Assembly: GCF_001194135.2 (NCBI RefSeq)
Contig: NC_068981.1
Coordinates: forward strand, 168,382,488-168,446,487
Length of the DNA: 64,000 nt
Direction: 5' to 3'
Origin: Octopus bimaculoides
Taxonomy: Eukaryota
Below are positions 14,312 through 27,185 of the stretch, piece by piece (the first letter of the stretch is position 1; each line of letters opens with the position of its first letter). The position numbers and the translations under genes were made by a program. The notes under the pieces were generated by a model. That model was not told the DNA's origin. It made no database searches and worked only from the letters and a program-made list of their open reading frames with translations.

Positions 14312-15100
14312 GTAATAGTAGTAGTAATAGTAGCAACAGCAGCAGAAGCAATGATAGTAGTATAGTAGCGGAAGCAGCAGCAGTAAAAAATACATATACA
14401 CCCATCCTGCATTCAAATGATACTGAGACTTTTAATTAATCCCTTAGGCATTAAAAAAAAACAGAACAAAGTTAAAAACAACAACGACAACAACAACAAC
14501 AACAATAATGAATCACCAGCAAATTCCTTTGTAAGCAAGAATTATTTCCAAGCTATTGAAACAATCAGGCTAAGAGCAATAATGATAATAATAACTCTTT
14601 AACACCAAATGACTAGCATAACAATAAAATTAAATCAGTTAATTTCCTCTTGCCAGCAGCAGAGAGAGAAGATCAGAATTGTTCTACAGTGTTTACTGCA
14701 TTGCTGGAATCTAAACTGATGAGCAGTAGCAGCTTTTTCATAAGAGAATAATGAGAGACTGAGTTAGTTCTGAGTTGCATCCCTATGCTATAGGTATTAA
14801 ATTCTCATTGATAACGAGAAATTTACCAAGAGTAATGCCTTCAGTTTTTATTTTTAAATCCAAAGGCGTGGCAAAGGCATAGGTGTGGCTATGTGGTTAA
14901 GAAGTTTGCTTTCCAACTACTTGGTGTTGGGTTCAGTCCCACTGCATGGTTCCTTGGACAAGTGTCTTCAAGTATAGCATCAGGCCAACCAAAGCCTTGC
15001 AAGTGGATTTGGTAGCGGGCAGAGTCTAGTCAAGTAAAATAATAGTTCTGTGAGATGCTGTTTGAACGACACTTTGGTTTTAATATGGCAACAATCATGC

Positions 15101-15313
15101 TTAACCCTTTAGCATTTAAACTGAAGCTAATGTTTTAGCTTCAAACTGGCCAGTTCCAGCCTCCCACACTTATCTTACAATGTTATTCTAAAAAAATAAA
15201 CAATCATATCATTGAAATCTCAAAGCTACAAAGTGATATACATAACTAATTCATATCAATGTCAATAAATAAGCATTACATTTGACAAAGAAATCTGAAT
15301 GCTAAAGGGTTCG
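15101..15313. mobile_element. piggyBac-like MITE family (~215 bp), representative copy
   Basis: Consensus ends TTAA-CCCTTTAGCATT ... AATGCTAAAGGG-TTAA. Other copies at about 4667-4896, 16689-16918, 20867-21083, 22714-22923, 30373-30590, 42897-43085 and 49285-49467. Confidence 0.75.
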
Positions 15314-17360
15314 TTTTCATCATCTTGGGGTTTCATAGCTTGTTTGTTTGCTTAATGATCATTTTCCTATGCTATATTTTATGACCAGATGCCCTTTTTG
15401 CTGCCAATCCGTATCTGTTTTTTATAATGTTAACAAGGAATGTTAACATCAGAATCACCATTGTGTTTGGACTTGTGCCAAATGAAACCGTGCACTGTCA
15501 ACATTCACATACATATGCACACACAATGGGCTTCCATACAGTTTCCATCTACTTATTCTGCTCACAAAGGATTGGTGGCCCGGTGCTATAGTAGAAGACA
15601 CTTACCCAAGGTGCTGTGTAGTGATACTGAACCTGAAATCACATGGTTGGGGAGTGAACTTCTTAACCACACAGCCATGCCCGCACCTGATAGTGTTCAA
15701 TAAAAATAATTTTGAATATTTCTTTTTTAGAATGGTTTAACTTGAAGCAAATAAAGCTATATATAATAGTGTGTAAATGTTGAATTAAAAATCCTTTGGA
15801 TAGAAAAAAGTTGACAACATACAATTTTTGCAAGTAAGAACAAATTTCTAAAACGGATAGAGAAATTCAAACGATAACTTTGGTCCATCATGTTTACAAG
15901 AGATGAGATGTGGGTTTATATCTCACAGGCAGCCTTTGACCCCTTCTATCCAAAGGGGACTTTTAACTCAATATTTACATGCTTTCATTTACAGCTTTAA
16001 CTGCTTTGAGTTAAACCATTCCAAATCAAGAATTATTTCATGGTCTCTCCAAAGTTATAAATTCTAATGACATTAACAATTTTGAATATGTTTGTTCAAA
16101 TTAGGAACATTTTGGAAGGTCTAGAGTAAGATAAATTTTGTTAGGTGCTGTGGATTTGGAAAGGATTAAGTGAATGGCTAGTGGTAAGGAGGTGAGAATG
16201 AGAGATCAGTTTTCTAGACAGGATAATGGTTTATCACAGGTAATACACTAAACATTACCAGAGCTCCTATTCTTGACAGTTAGATGAAATAAAGTAACAC
16301 TGAATATAAAGTCCTGTTCAGAAATACAATAAAATATTTGAGTAACTACCTGGCCTTCAGATATCTTCAGCAGGGTACATTTTGTTGCAAGCATTTGGAT
16401 TAGGTCCTTCATCTCAAGATAACTTCCTTCACCAGTCATAAGAGCCCAGCAAAGGCTCAGGTGTGCCAGTTTTTTTTCTCTAAGTGATAATTTTTTTTTT
16501 AAATTTATAATTTTGCTGTTTGACACAGGCATGGCCATGTGGCTCAGGCATCCTCATTCAATCATGTGGCCCCAAGTTTGATCCCGTTCTGTGGAATCTT
16601 GGACAAGCATCTTCTAATCTAACCTCACCATTAAGGTTGGGTGAACAGAAAATGTATTAAAGCCCAACAGATAAACTGTGCCTGTAACTCAACCCTTTAA
16701 CCTTCAGATTACTTTGTCAAATTTAATGCTTCCTTATTCACATTGTTTTGAATTAATCATGCATTATCTCACAAACTTTGAGATTTCAATGACATGATTG
16801 TTTATTGTGTAGTATGACATTGTAGGGTAGGTGTGAGAGGCCAGATCTGGTCAGTTTGAACATAAAACTGGTAGGATACTCGAGCCATATATGGCCAGTT
16901 TAAATGCTAAAGGGTTAAAGAGACAACTTGGTCACACACACAGAGTATCATACTGATTCTGTCTGAAGTTAACATTAATGGTACAAGTTCATGTGGAATA
17001 TTTGGCCACAGACGCTATAATTCAATGAAAAGGTAGTTCTATTGAGTAACTGGAACACTCACCCTCAAAACTGGTGGAGGATTTATTTACACTATTTACT
17101 TTATTGCTGCTGAGAATGAGTTATAGAATTCTGGCATTGATCTTCATACTTCTTGCATACAAATTAAATATTCCACTAATTAAATTAATGCTCAATTAAT
17201 TATACAATTAAGTGACAAACATCAGCAATGTTGATATAATTTCTTTTTCTTAAGTAGGAGCCTATCATCTGTCAGGCAAAGTGAGGCAAGTAAATTTGAG
17301 CCTTGACAAGGGGGACACCACATTTGCTGATATAAGGGTTAAGCCCACGACCATCTAGAC

Positions 17361-17889
17361 TGGTGGTTTTCAACTATTTTTCACTTCTGGACCCCTTCCA
17401 TTACTATTTTATTCTGGTGGACACCCCCTAGCCATTCGATGTTTAAAGACTAGTTTTATAGATATTTCTTTTAGAATTCTTCTTTTGTTATTCACTCATC
17501 TACTTATGTCAGCTGAACTATGTATAATGTTAGAGAAAGAAACCTCATTGTTTCTTGCAATAGAAACTTTTAAATCAAAACTTTATATGAACACTTAAAG
17601 TACTACTATCATCATCATCATTTAACGTCCGCTTTCCATGCTAGCATGGGTTGGACGATTTGACTGAGGACTGGTGAACCAGATGGCTACACCAGGCCCC
17701 AATCTGATTTGGCAGTTTCTACAGCCTGGATGCCCTTCCTAACGTCAACCACTCCGAGAGTGTAGTGAGTGCTTTTACGATCCATAGTAGTACTTAAAGT
17801 ACTACCATGGATCCTCAATTTACTATTTTGCTAGCATGCCCCTCCCCCACGAAAATCTTATATGGACAACTAAGGGTTGAGAATCATTG
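17361..17889. mobile_element. hAT (Charlie-like) MITE with 8-bp TSD ATCTAGAC, containing a later RTE-tail insertion
   Basis: Degenerate CAGTGGTTCTCAAC-type TIRs; TSD at 17353-17360 and 17890-17897. Confidence 0.7.
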
Positions 17890-17897
17890 ATCTAGAC

Positions 17898-18064
17898 CAG
17901 TACTCTGCAACAGGTATGCCACGAGATGATGCTAGGTGTGCCATAGTGTAACCTAAATATAATTTTTTCCCTATACTTTTAGTTATATTCTTAGTTCAGC
18001 TGTGCTGCCGAATTTTGAAAAGAATATAAGTGTGCTGCAAGTGTAAAAAGGTTGCAGAGAACTG
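17898..18064. mobile_element. Second hAT-like MITE abutting the first
   Basis: TIRs CAGTACTCTGCAAC / GTTGCAGAGAACTG; flanks ATCTAGAC and TTCTAGAC. Confidence 0.7.
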
Positions 18065-18072
18065 TTCTAGAC

Positions 18073-18218
18073 CAATCATGGGTAAACTGTGACCCAAATG
18101 ACTTTTTGAATGACATGACTGTCAAAAAGCTATCTTGAATCTTTTTAGTAGTACATTCTGCCTAATAATGAGCCATGTCACGTGCTGCCCGTTTCTTGAA
18201 AAAGACTGCCCATAACTG
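18073..18218. mobile_element. Possible third hAT-like MITE
   Basis: CAATCATGGGTAAAC ... GACTGCCCATAACTG. The right TSD matches poorly. Confidence 0.45.
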
Positions 18219-20369
18219 ACCTGGTCAGTAGCCAGGTAATGAAAAGGTACCCTTCTTAAACACTTGTGTGTGAAGGTGTGTGGCTTAGTGGTTAGGGTAT
18301 CTGGCTCATGATCGTAAGGTCATGAATTCAATTCCCGGCAACACATTGTGTCCTTGAGCAAGACACTTTATTCCACATTGCTCCAATCTACTCAGCTGAC
18401 AAAAATGAATAGTACCTGTATTTCAAAGGGCCAGCTTTGTCACACTCTGTGTCATGCTGAATCTCCCTGAGAACTATATTAAAGATACATGTGTCTGTAG
18501 TGTTTAATCACTTGCACATTAATTTCACAAGCAGGCTGATCCAACTGGAGCCTTTGTTGTCACAACTGATGGAATGCCAGTTAAACATTCATGAAGAACA
18601 GTACTTCTAGCTTAGTACTCCTTTTTTCTTGCAGAATAGCATTTCATAAACACTCACAACTCATATATTTCAAATAACAAAAAGAGAAATAAGGAAGGGA
18701 TAGACTATTTTAATCAAAAAGAAGCTAATTTGTGTATTGATTTATTATCCATATTTTCCTAAATTATCCCAGCAACCATGTGCCTCTTTCTAGATACTCA
18801 CAAGGAATAGTGCCTCTATGCTAAATTTCTACAGAAATCACTAAAGGTGAGGACTTATAAAATGAAGTTAAGTTTAGATTTAGATTTTTCATGCATGTAA
18901 ATAAAAAACAAATGGAACAAAAGATTACAATGTTATTAGCATTATTAGTGGTATTAAGGAATCAAACATGTATCTTAGTTTTGGCTAACTTCAAGACAAA
19001 TGAAAAAATATAATTAATAATTTATGATATTCAACAAATTATTTTCCAAACACAATATTTAATAACTGAAAAATAATTAATGTCTACCTTGTACTTGAAA
19101 CAGTCATGTTTCTGCACTTTTGCCAACCACTATTTTTTGTTGTTGTTTTATTAAATATAAGTGACAAAGGACTGAGATATCTGATGCCTTGCTGTGCTTG
19201 AGAAGGCATATCCACTACAACAGGCTTGATATCTTAGAACTGCCTTGGTAAATGCTTGTATGTGAGCAGCTTTGCCCCACCTAGCTTTCCCAACATCTCA
19301 TCACTTCTTTATCTCTGGTATTATTCAGCAATCATAATCACCTGAGAGCAGAACAGGCCACATCTCCTCCCTTTTGTTACTGTCTTCTTCCATTCCCCAC
19401 CCCAAAACCACTTCCATTCCTCATTATCTTCTTCCAGCCATGCTCTTTCCTCTCTGCTACACTCCATCCTTAGAGCCACTTCCATTCCTTGTTACCTTTT
19501 TTCATTCATGCTCTTTCCTTTCTGCTATGATCCATCCATGTTTACACCTCTTTCATTCCCTATCTCTCTCAATACCCTCACATATTTAACATAACCCCTC
19601 CCCTTGAGCCACTCCTATATCTCTCACCATCAATTACAAGTCATCTCTATCCCATCTTACTATCCTCACATTCTTATAAAACTTTCTATTCTGTCACCCC
19701 TGCCCACCCATCCAATACAATCCTCAGCATCACTTCAACTATATTCACCCCACCTCCCACTGCCCTGATACATTTACCACCATCTCTCTCCTTCTCAATC
19801 TTCTCAGTTTCTCTTTCTCTCCCTTCTTCTCCAACTGGGATATCCTTGTATCTCTTCTACAACAAGACACCTGTCTCTATCCCTCTATTATTCTTTTAAC
19901 CTCTCAACTGGCACAGAGCCACTTCTCTCAATACTAGTCTCCCAGTTGAAGGGACTTCGTTTTGTCTTCACAAATTACTTGGGTGACCCTGCTGGTGCTG
20001 GTTTCTGCCACGGAAAATACACCCAATACACTCTGTAAAGTGATTGTCATTAGGAAGGGCATGCAGCCATAGAAACCATTCCAAAACAGACAAAAGAGCT
20101 TGACATAGCCCTCTGGCTTGCTTGCCCTTGTCAAACCATCCAAACTATGCCAGCATGGAAAACAGACGTTAAATGGTTTAAATATATCATTTCTACCCAG
20201 CTCCCTTACTAAATACCCAGTGACTTCCATGCACATCAGCCACTTTAAAGAGTGTTGTTGCTCAGATTAAAAACCACTGATGTAGATGGTACACTTTTGT
20301 ATAACTTGCCACACAAAATTATACTGATGTTGAACTGCATTATTTCATGTGGGTTAGCAAGTTTATATT

Positions 20370-20560
20370 AGTCAAATATATTTGATTTCCATGTGAAGTA
20401 ATTCTTGTTGGGCTGATCAAAAACCATATTGGTGACACAGAGCTCCTGCTGTTCAGCAGGAGGTCTCCTTTGGAGTTCTGTTCTTTTTGCGCTTGCCAAA
20501 CTTACTGATGATGCCTGCGTAGGTCTCACAGTCTGCTCCCACCCTGGCATTGAAGTTTGG
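20370..20560 (-). mobile_element. LINE APE endonuclease fragment
   Basis: FNARVGAD...IISKFG.RKKN, GDLLLN and LCVTNMVF...YFTW across frameshifts. Confidence 0.7.
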
Positions 20561-21668
20561 TCTCAAGATCAACACTTTAAAAACTGAGCTGCTCTACCAA
20601 GATGTCCAAGCAGATCAAGTGAGCCCAAGCCAGTGACAGTACACAGAGAGCCCTTAAAGTGCACTGTGGCTTTTGTTACTGGAGAAATGTTGATTTATCT
20701 TATCTGGATAGAAGTGTTGTCTTTGCAATTGTTGAACACCAAATCACCCTGACTAAGCAAGGAATCCAAAGGAATTCCAGTCTTGATCCAAGACCATCCT
20801 GCTTTATTTTCAAACATTATGCATCAAGAACTATATTGCTTCATATAACCTTCCTTTATTTTTTAAAAACCCTTTGACAATTAGATTATTCTGTCAAATG
20901 TAAAGTTTATTTATTTGCATTGTTTTCAATTAATCATGAATTATCTTGTAGTTTTGAGATTTTGATGATGTGATTATTTATGCTTATTGTAGGGTAGGTG
21001 TTGAGAGGCCAGGTCTGGCTGATGTGAAGAAAAAACAAGTAAAATACTGGGGCTTAATATGGCTGCTTTAAATGCTACAGGGCTTATGCTATTTTTTCCA
21101 GGTCAAGCAACAGACAGAGGCTCCTTTTTTTAGCTCTAGATAATTTCTTACATACATACAAGGCCAGAAATTTGTGAGGAGAGGGAACACTTGACTCCAA
21201 TACTTAACTGGCACTTTACTTTATCAAATCTGGAAGGACAGAAGGCAAAGTCAACCATGGTAAGATTTGAACTCAGGAAGTAAAGAACCACAACTATGTA
21301 TTTAAAAGCATTTGGTCTGACATTTCAGCAATTCTCATAGAGTTAATAATACTGATGAATAGATTAAGGTAGCACAATTCCAGATGTGATGAGAATGTAT
21401 TCAATGTAAAGAGGTCATTAATTTAAAGACCAACCACTTTCCTGACCTAAATCTATAAAAAGGTTAATTCAACACAGATAACTAGTTATTTCACTTCTGT
21501 AAGTGTGATGAAATTTGTTTGGGACTTAGCATACGACATGACAGCATGACACTATTATTATTCTTACTGGAAGAGTAGCAATTTGGTAGAAATGGTAAAA
21601 CAGCCTCATGATAGTTGCCTTTTATCTCTTTGCAGGATCAATAAAGTATATATAAATATCAGTGTGTA

Positions 21669-21935
21669 GGCGCAATGTCCCAGTGGTTAGGGCAGCGGAC
21701 TCACGGTCATAGGATCGCGGTTTCGATTCCCAGACCAGGCATTGTGAGTGTTTATTGAGCGAAAACACCTAAAGCTCCACTGTGTCACGCTGAATATCCC
21801 TGAGAACTATGTTAAGGGTACACGTGTCTGTGGAGTGCTCAGCCACTTGCACGTTAATTTCACGAGCAGGTTGTTCCGTTGATTGGATCAACTGGAACCC
21901 TTGACGTCGTAAGCGACCGAGTGCCAACAACAATA
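21669..21935 (+). mobile_element. tRNA-derived SINE (family D)
   Basis: Head GGCGCAATGTCCCAGTGGTTAGGGCAGCGGACTC...GGTTTCGATTCCC with A and B boxes. Its 3' body is shared with the copy at about 18270-18580. Related heads at 34660-34780 and 59970-60095(-). Confidence 0.8.
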
Positions 21936-24609
21936 TAAATATCAGTAATATAATCAAGAAGTTGATTCAACTGAGATACTTCTCTTCCATTATAAAAATT
22001 AAATTGTTCTTGGATCAAAAAACGAAATCCCTGTTGCCACTGCCATTGTTGTTTATTACTATATGAAAGTGGCATGCTGGCAGAATTGTTAGCATGCCAT
22101 ACAAAACTCTGTTAAGCATTTGTTCGTCTTTGTTCTGAGTTCAAGTTTTGCAAAGGTCAACCTTGTCTTATGTCCTTTCAGGGTCAGTGAAATAAATACC
22201 AGTCAAGTGCTGGGATTGATGTAATCACCTTCCCCTTCCCACTAAATTGTTGGCTTGGTGCCAAAATTTAAAATCATCATCATCATCATTATTATTGTTG
22301 TTGTTGTTGTTAAGGTGGTGAGCTGGCAGAATCATTAACACTCTGGGCAAAATGTTTAGTGACATTTTGTCCATCCTTACTTTCTGAGTTCAAATTCCGC
22401 AGAGGTTGACTTTGTCTTTCATCCTTTCGGAGTCGATAAATTAAGTACAACTTACACACTGGGGTCAATGTAATCGACTATCCCCCTCCCCACAAATTCC
22501 AGGCCTTGTGCCTATAGTAGAAAGGATTATTATTATTATTATTATTATTGGAAATGGCTGAGATAGAGTGTTATAGTTCTGTGTGCCTGGAAACCAAATT
22601 CAAATCTGACAAAGAATGGTGCTGCCCTTCATCACTCTGCAATTACTAAAATCAAACCATTCAACTATAAAAAAGTGAAGTGCTAACTTCTTTTAATATG
22701 GTGTACGATAACTTTAACTCTTTAACATTTAAACCAGCCATATCCGGTCCCAATATTTTATGTTTTATGTTCAAATCAGCCAGATCCAGCCTTTCACACC
22801 TACCTTATAACGTCACTCTAAAAATATACCATCACAATACCAAGATAATTCATGATTTATTCAAGACAATGTGAATAGATAAGCATTACAATTGACAGAG
22901 TAATCTGAATGCCAAAGGGTTAATTAATAGAGATAAGAACCAATACTGACAACTTCTCTTAATACAAATTTCACTATAACCTCTCTTGATACAAAATTGA
23001 TCTTATACCTAAGAAGTTACAATCAAATTAAAGAAGTGGATTGGCAGAACTGAAGACCATTGGACCACAAATTACCTAGCATTATTATATAGTTGCTTTC
23101 CTTTACATATTCCAAATTTGAATCCTACTGAAGTCAGCATCACACCTCATCCTTCCAGTCAATAAATTAATAATAAGAGCTGTCATATTTGACTGTTCCT
23201 TTCTTATATTTGGCCAAATCTTTATTACTAGAAAAAATGCATTAATACATTGCATGTAATTTGAAAATTCTATTGCTAAACTAAATCATTTTATGTCAAA
23301 CTACATTTTTCTATATTTGTTAATCACTCAACTACAAAGTAGGAGTTATTAAATGCAACTTATCAGATAGAATGATTGAAAAGCAGCAGCATAGAACCCT
23401 TGTCCTATTGATTGAAGCAAGGCCAAAGACTGGGTTTGAACTTGTGTCGAAACACTATTAGTCTGTTATTTAGAGTTTCGTGTAACCAATCATCAGACAG
23501 CCATGAGTCTGATGATCAGTTACTTGAAACTGAGTAATAGTTTGTGAAGTCTTTTAAACTCCAATAAAATACTGTACATACATACTTACATATATATATA
23601 TCATCATTTAACGTCCACCTTCCATGCTACATGGGTAATATATATATATTATTAAATATTAGATAATAAAACGAATGGTTTATACCTGGTAGCTTACTGG
23701 TAAAGTATGATCACTTTCACAGTGTTTGTTATGCATCCAGTTAATGAGACGGAAGATGGAAGATACAAGAGTAGAACTGTTGTGATTAATAAAAACTCTC
23801 GTATCTTCCATCTTGCATCCCTTATTAACCGATATATATATATATAAAAGCAGTATCCCTTGAAATTCCAGGGCCCATTTTTGAGGTAAAGTGTCAACCA
23901 TAGATATCTGTCTGCTCAGTGATAATATCCTGTCATTTCCTCCATAATCCTTTGATTAATTTGTAAGGAGTCTTGTCAATTCTCTTTGATCATGTTTTCT
24001 CATTCTGGCTTGTACAAAATATTCCTACCTATCATCATCATTCATATTATGCCATCTTCCTTGATTAACATATCTCATTCTTTCCCTATTATCTCCTGGC
24101 TCTATTTCTTGCATTAATTTCATTCCTCTCCTCCAGAGTTAATGCTTCTTGTCATTCATGATTCTCTTCTCTTTATTCTAAATTCTCATTTCTTTTCTTT
24201 GCTTTTTCCCCTGTATCTTTTCTACCTCTCTAGATTTTCACTGTTGTGCTCTATGATCATTGTCTGCCATAACACACCAAACTTCATTTCAGTAATAAAT
24301 TGATTTAAGTACTTGATATTATAGAAATGGCAACACCTGTATTCAAGATATACCATTACACAAATTTTTCACAAAGAAATTTAAGAATAAAGCTAGTATA
24401 TAAGTAGTTGGAGGGGAGGTGGAATGCCAAATCCAAGACATACAGCTACATCTAATTTAAGAAGGAAGTTAGGGACATGACTATTAATACATAAACAGAT
24501 TTTCAGTCTGACAAGGACTTGCTCTAAGATGTATGCATGAAATTGTCAGGTAAATAATGAGAGAGGAAGTCAAACAAAAGCTACTGGCATAGGCACATAC
24601 CCACCCCCC

Positions 24610-25606
24610 GCTCCACCAGTAGTGTGTTTAAATCTCTCTAGTTCACACACACTTTATCCATTCCTACCCTCTCAAAGAGTGGCAAACCTCTTTAGACCAC
24701 AGAAATCTAGAAATTTGGAAACGACATGCTGTACTGCTTGGCATTTATGCAGGAAGCTCCAATACGAACATTTCAGAGTGTTCAGGTGTCAATCTGAGGA
24801 TAGCGTAGAAGATTCGGAAAGAGTTGGATGAGTCTAATGGTGATTACAAAAGTACAACAGCTTGGAAAACTCACTCTGATCGTTCTGATAAGAAAAGAAC
24901 TCCTAAATTTGTTGGTGAGATCCAGGCCATGATCGACAATGATCCTTCCAAGTCAATCAGGTCCATGGGAGTGTCTGAGTTTCTTATCAGGCAGGTAGTG
25001 CATGAAAACAGTCGGTATTCCTCACACAAGATGAGAAAGGGCCAATTTTTATCTCAAGCCATCAAAGACAAGAGGAAAGACCACACTACAAAGCTTTCGA
25101 ATAAACTCAAACATCCCCTCCAACCAAATATGGTTTGGTTTTTCTCAGCCAAGAAAAATTTCTGCCAGAGTCGGCAACAGGACTCAGCACCATGCCACAC
25201 AAGAATGGAAAACCCAGTCATGGCTGTCAAACAATTTCTGCAACCACATCACTCCTAACATCTGGCCACCTAACTCCCCAGACTGCAACCCCCTTGATTA
25301 TTATGTGTGGGGCGCAGCTGAGCGAAAGACCAAGAAATCTCCTTGCAACACCAAAGATGAACTGAAGGCAATGATTCTGGCAGTATTCACCAACTTAAAC
25401 AAGGAGACCATCCAGAAGAGTTGCAGGAGATTCCGAAGTCATCTGGAGGTGGTGGTTGAAGCCAATGGCGATTTTACTGAATAAATTTACTCTTTAGTAT
25501 TTCAAGATATTTTAATGTAATTTTGGCAAATATATCTGTTAAAATGAAATGTGAGCGTTATTTTCATTTTTGCCTAATTTAGACAATTTACTCACCACAC
25601 CTTGTA
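24610..25606 (+). mobile_element. Tc1/mariner superfamily relic, DD37D (maT-like), internally deleted, right end only
   Basis: QQDSAPCH...WPPNSPDCNPLDYYVWG has 37 residues between the Asp residues after correcting a 1-nt frameshift. The right end reads ...CTCACCACACCTTG-TA; no matching left TIR was found. Confidence 0.8.
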
Positions 25607-26356
25607 TATACATATATACACACATAAAGATATATATGTATATATGCATATATACATATATATATATATGTATATATAGCTGGTGCCGTGTAAAAAGTCC
25701 AAGTGCTGGTGCCACATAAAAAGCTCCCATGCTGGTGTCACATAAGAAGCACTCAGTACACTTTGTAAAGTGATAGGCGGTAGGAAGGGTACCCAACCAT
25801 AGAAACCATGCCAAAATAGACAATTGGAGCTTGATGCAGTTCTGCAGCTTGACAGCTCCTATCAAACTGTTCAACCTATGCCAGCATGGAAAACAGACAT
25901 TAAATGATGATATACATGATTAGTATAAGATATATAAGAGAACCACGTGGCTATCACAGTAAACTCCTCATATAGACTCAGCTATCAGTCCACATAATGA
26001 TCAATTACAAACTAGTGTAATGTAAAGCATCCAAGGGTTTTGCCTGGGGAAAACATCACAGACATCTGTGATCTCATAGGCCCCTTTATATTAGATACCC
26101 TAGATAGGAATTTCCATCAACTTACTTTGACCTATATAGAGATACTGCTTTACCTATCCCTAGAGGTGTAAAATAGCACACCCTGACAAGTTCAGAAAAG
26201 CCTGATCTACATCCTCAATTGCTTCAGGCTCAAGGTTACTGTAGAGATCCAACCTAGTTGCTGTTATTTTATAGATATAGCACTCGATATAGGCACAAGT
26301 TCATACAGGCCCTACTGCAAATCAAACAAGAAGCTGCTGTGCATCAACACAGCTCT

Positions 26357-27185
26357 CTGTGGCTGGCAAATGGCCCTGTTCAATATGTAGGAAAGGAGTG
26401 GGATGTAATTCCATTTGCTACACCAAGTGTAAGCTACGGACACATAAGAGATGCAGTGGAACCGTGGGAAGGTTATCAGATAAGGTCATTTTTGTGTGTG
26501 GCAGATGTGCAGGAACAGTAAGCACTAAGAGTACAAGGAACGTAAACTCTCTCAAATGCTCAGGAGGTTCTCTTGAGGTAGTATAGTTTCTGCTGTTTAG
26601 GTGACCAAATTAGTAATGGTGGTGGATGCTCTGAAAGTATTGTTTCTAGAATAAGAATAGAATGGAGGAAGTTCAGAGAACTATTAGTTCTGTTGGCAGT
26701 AAAAGGACTCTCTCTCAGAGTGAAGGTAGATTGTATGATGCTTGTGTAAGAACAGCTATATTACATGGTAGTGAGACATAGGCTATGACTGCAGAGGACA
26801 TGTGTTGACTGGATAGGAATGAAGGTAGTATACTCCAACAAAGCATAACTGTGGTGAGAGAAAAGTTAGGCATTAGAGGGATTAAATGTGGCGTGGGTAA
26901 CCATGTACCTCCGCTATAGCAAGACACCTATTTCTGCCTCTCTATTTCCCTGTTACACTCTAACTTTTCATCATTTGGTTTGGACATGTGGTGCGTATGA
27001 GTGAAGATGGCTATATACAGAAGTGCTTGTTGCTGAAAGTGGATGGTACCTGTGAAAGAGGGAGACCCAGGAAGACATGGGATGGAGTGGTGAGGACTGA
27101 TCTTAGGATGTTGAGGCTCATGGAGGAAATGATAGTAGACTGAGATGTTTGGAGATATGAAGTTCTAGAGAAGACCTGTCCATGA
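26357..27185 (+). mobile_element. RTE-type LINE 3' ORF2 relic with PHD-like Cys/His finger, interrupted at ~26896-26985
   Basis: WPCSICRKGVGCNSI..TKCKLRTHKRCSG...FVCGRC, then FC.LGDQIS, LYDACVRTAILHGSET and a C-terminal RGRPRKTW-like motif. Confidence 0.85.

Noticed and set aside
14499-14552. Third CTTGGA-starting exon candidate (acceptor AG at 14553-14554)
   Set aside because: In-frame stop after two codons, no donor at 54 nt, and it lies upstream of exon 3.
18802-18853. Minus-strand segment with AG acceptor and GTGAGT donor
   Set aside because: Stops in all three frames; 52 nt would break the gene's phase.
19370-19930. Long pyrimidine-rich tracts (also about 27220-27740 and 45050-45620; purine-rich at 3680-3950 and 11300-11570)
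   Set aside because: They appear to be decayed copies of an unclassified repeat; their ORFs are compositional artefacts.
21669-21742. tRNA-like sequence
   Set aside because: It continues into a SINE body shared with other copies, so it is a SINE head rather than a tRNA gene.
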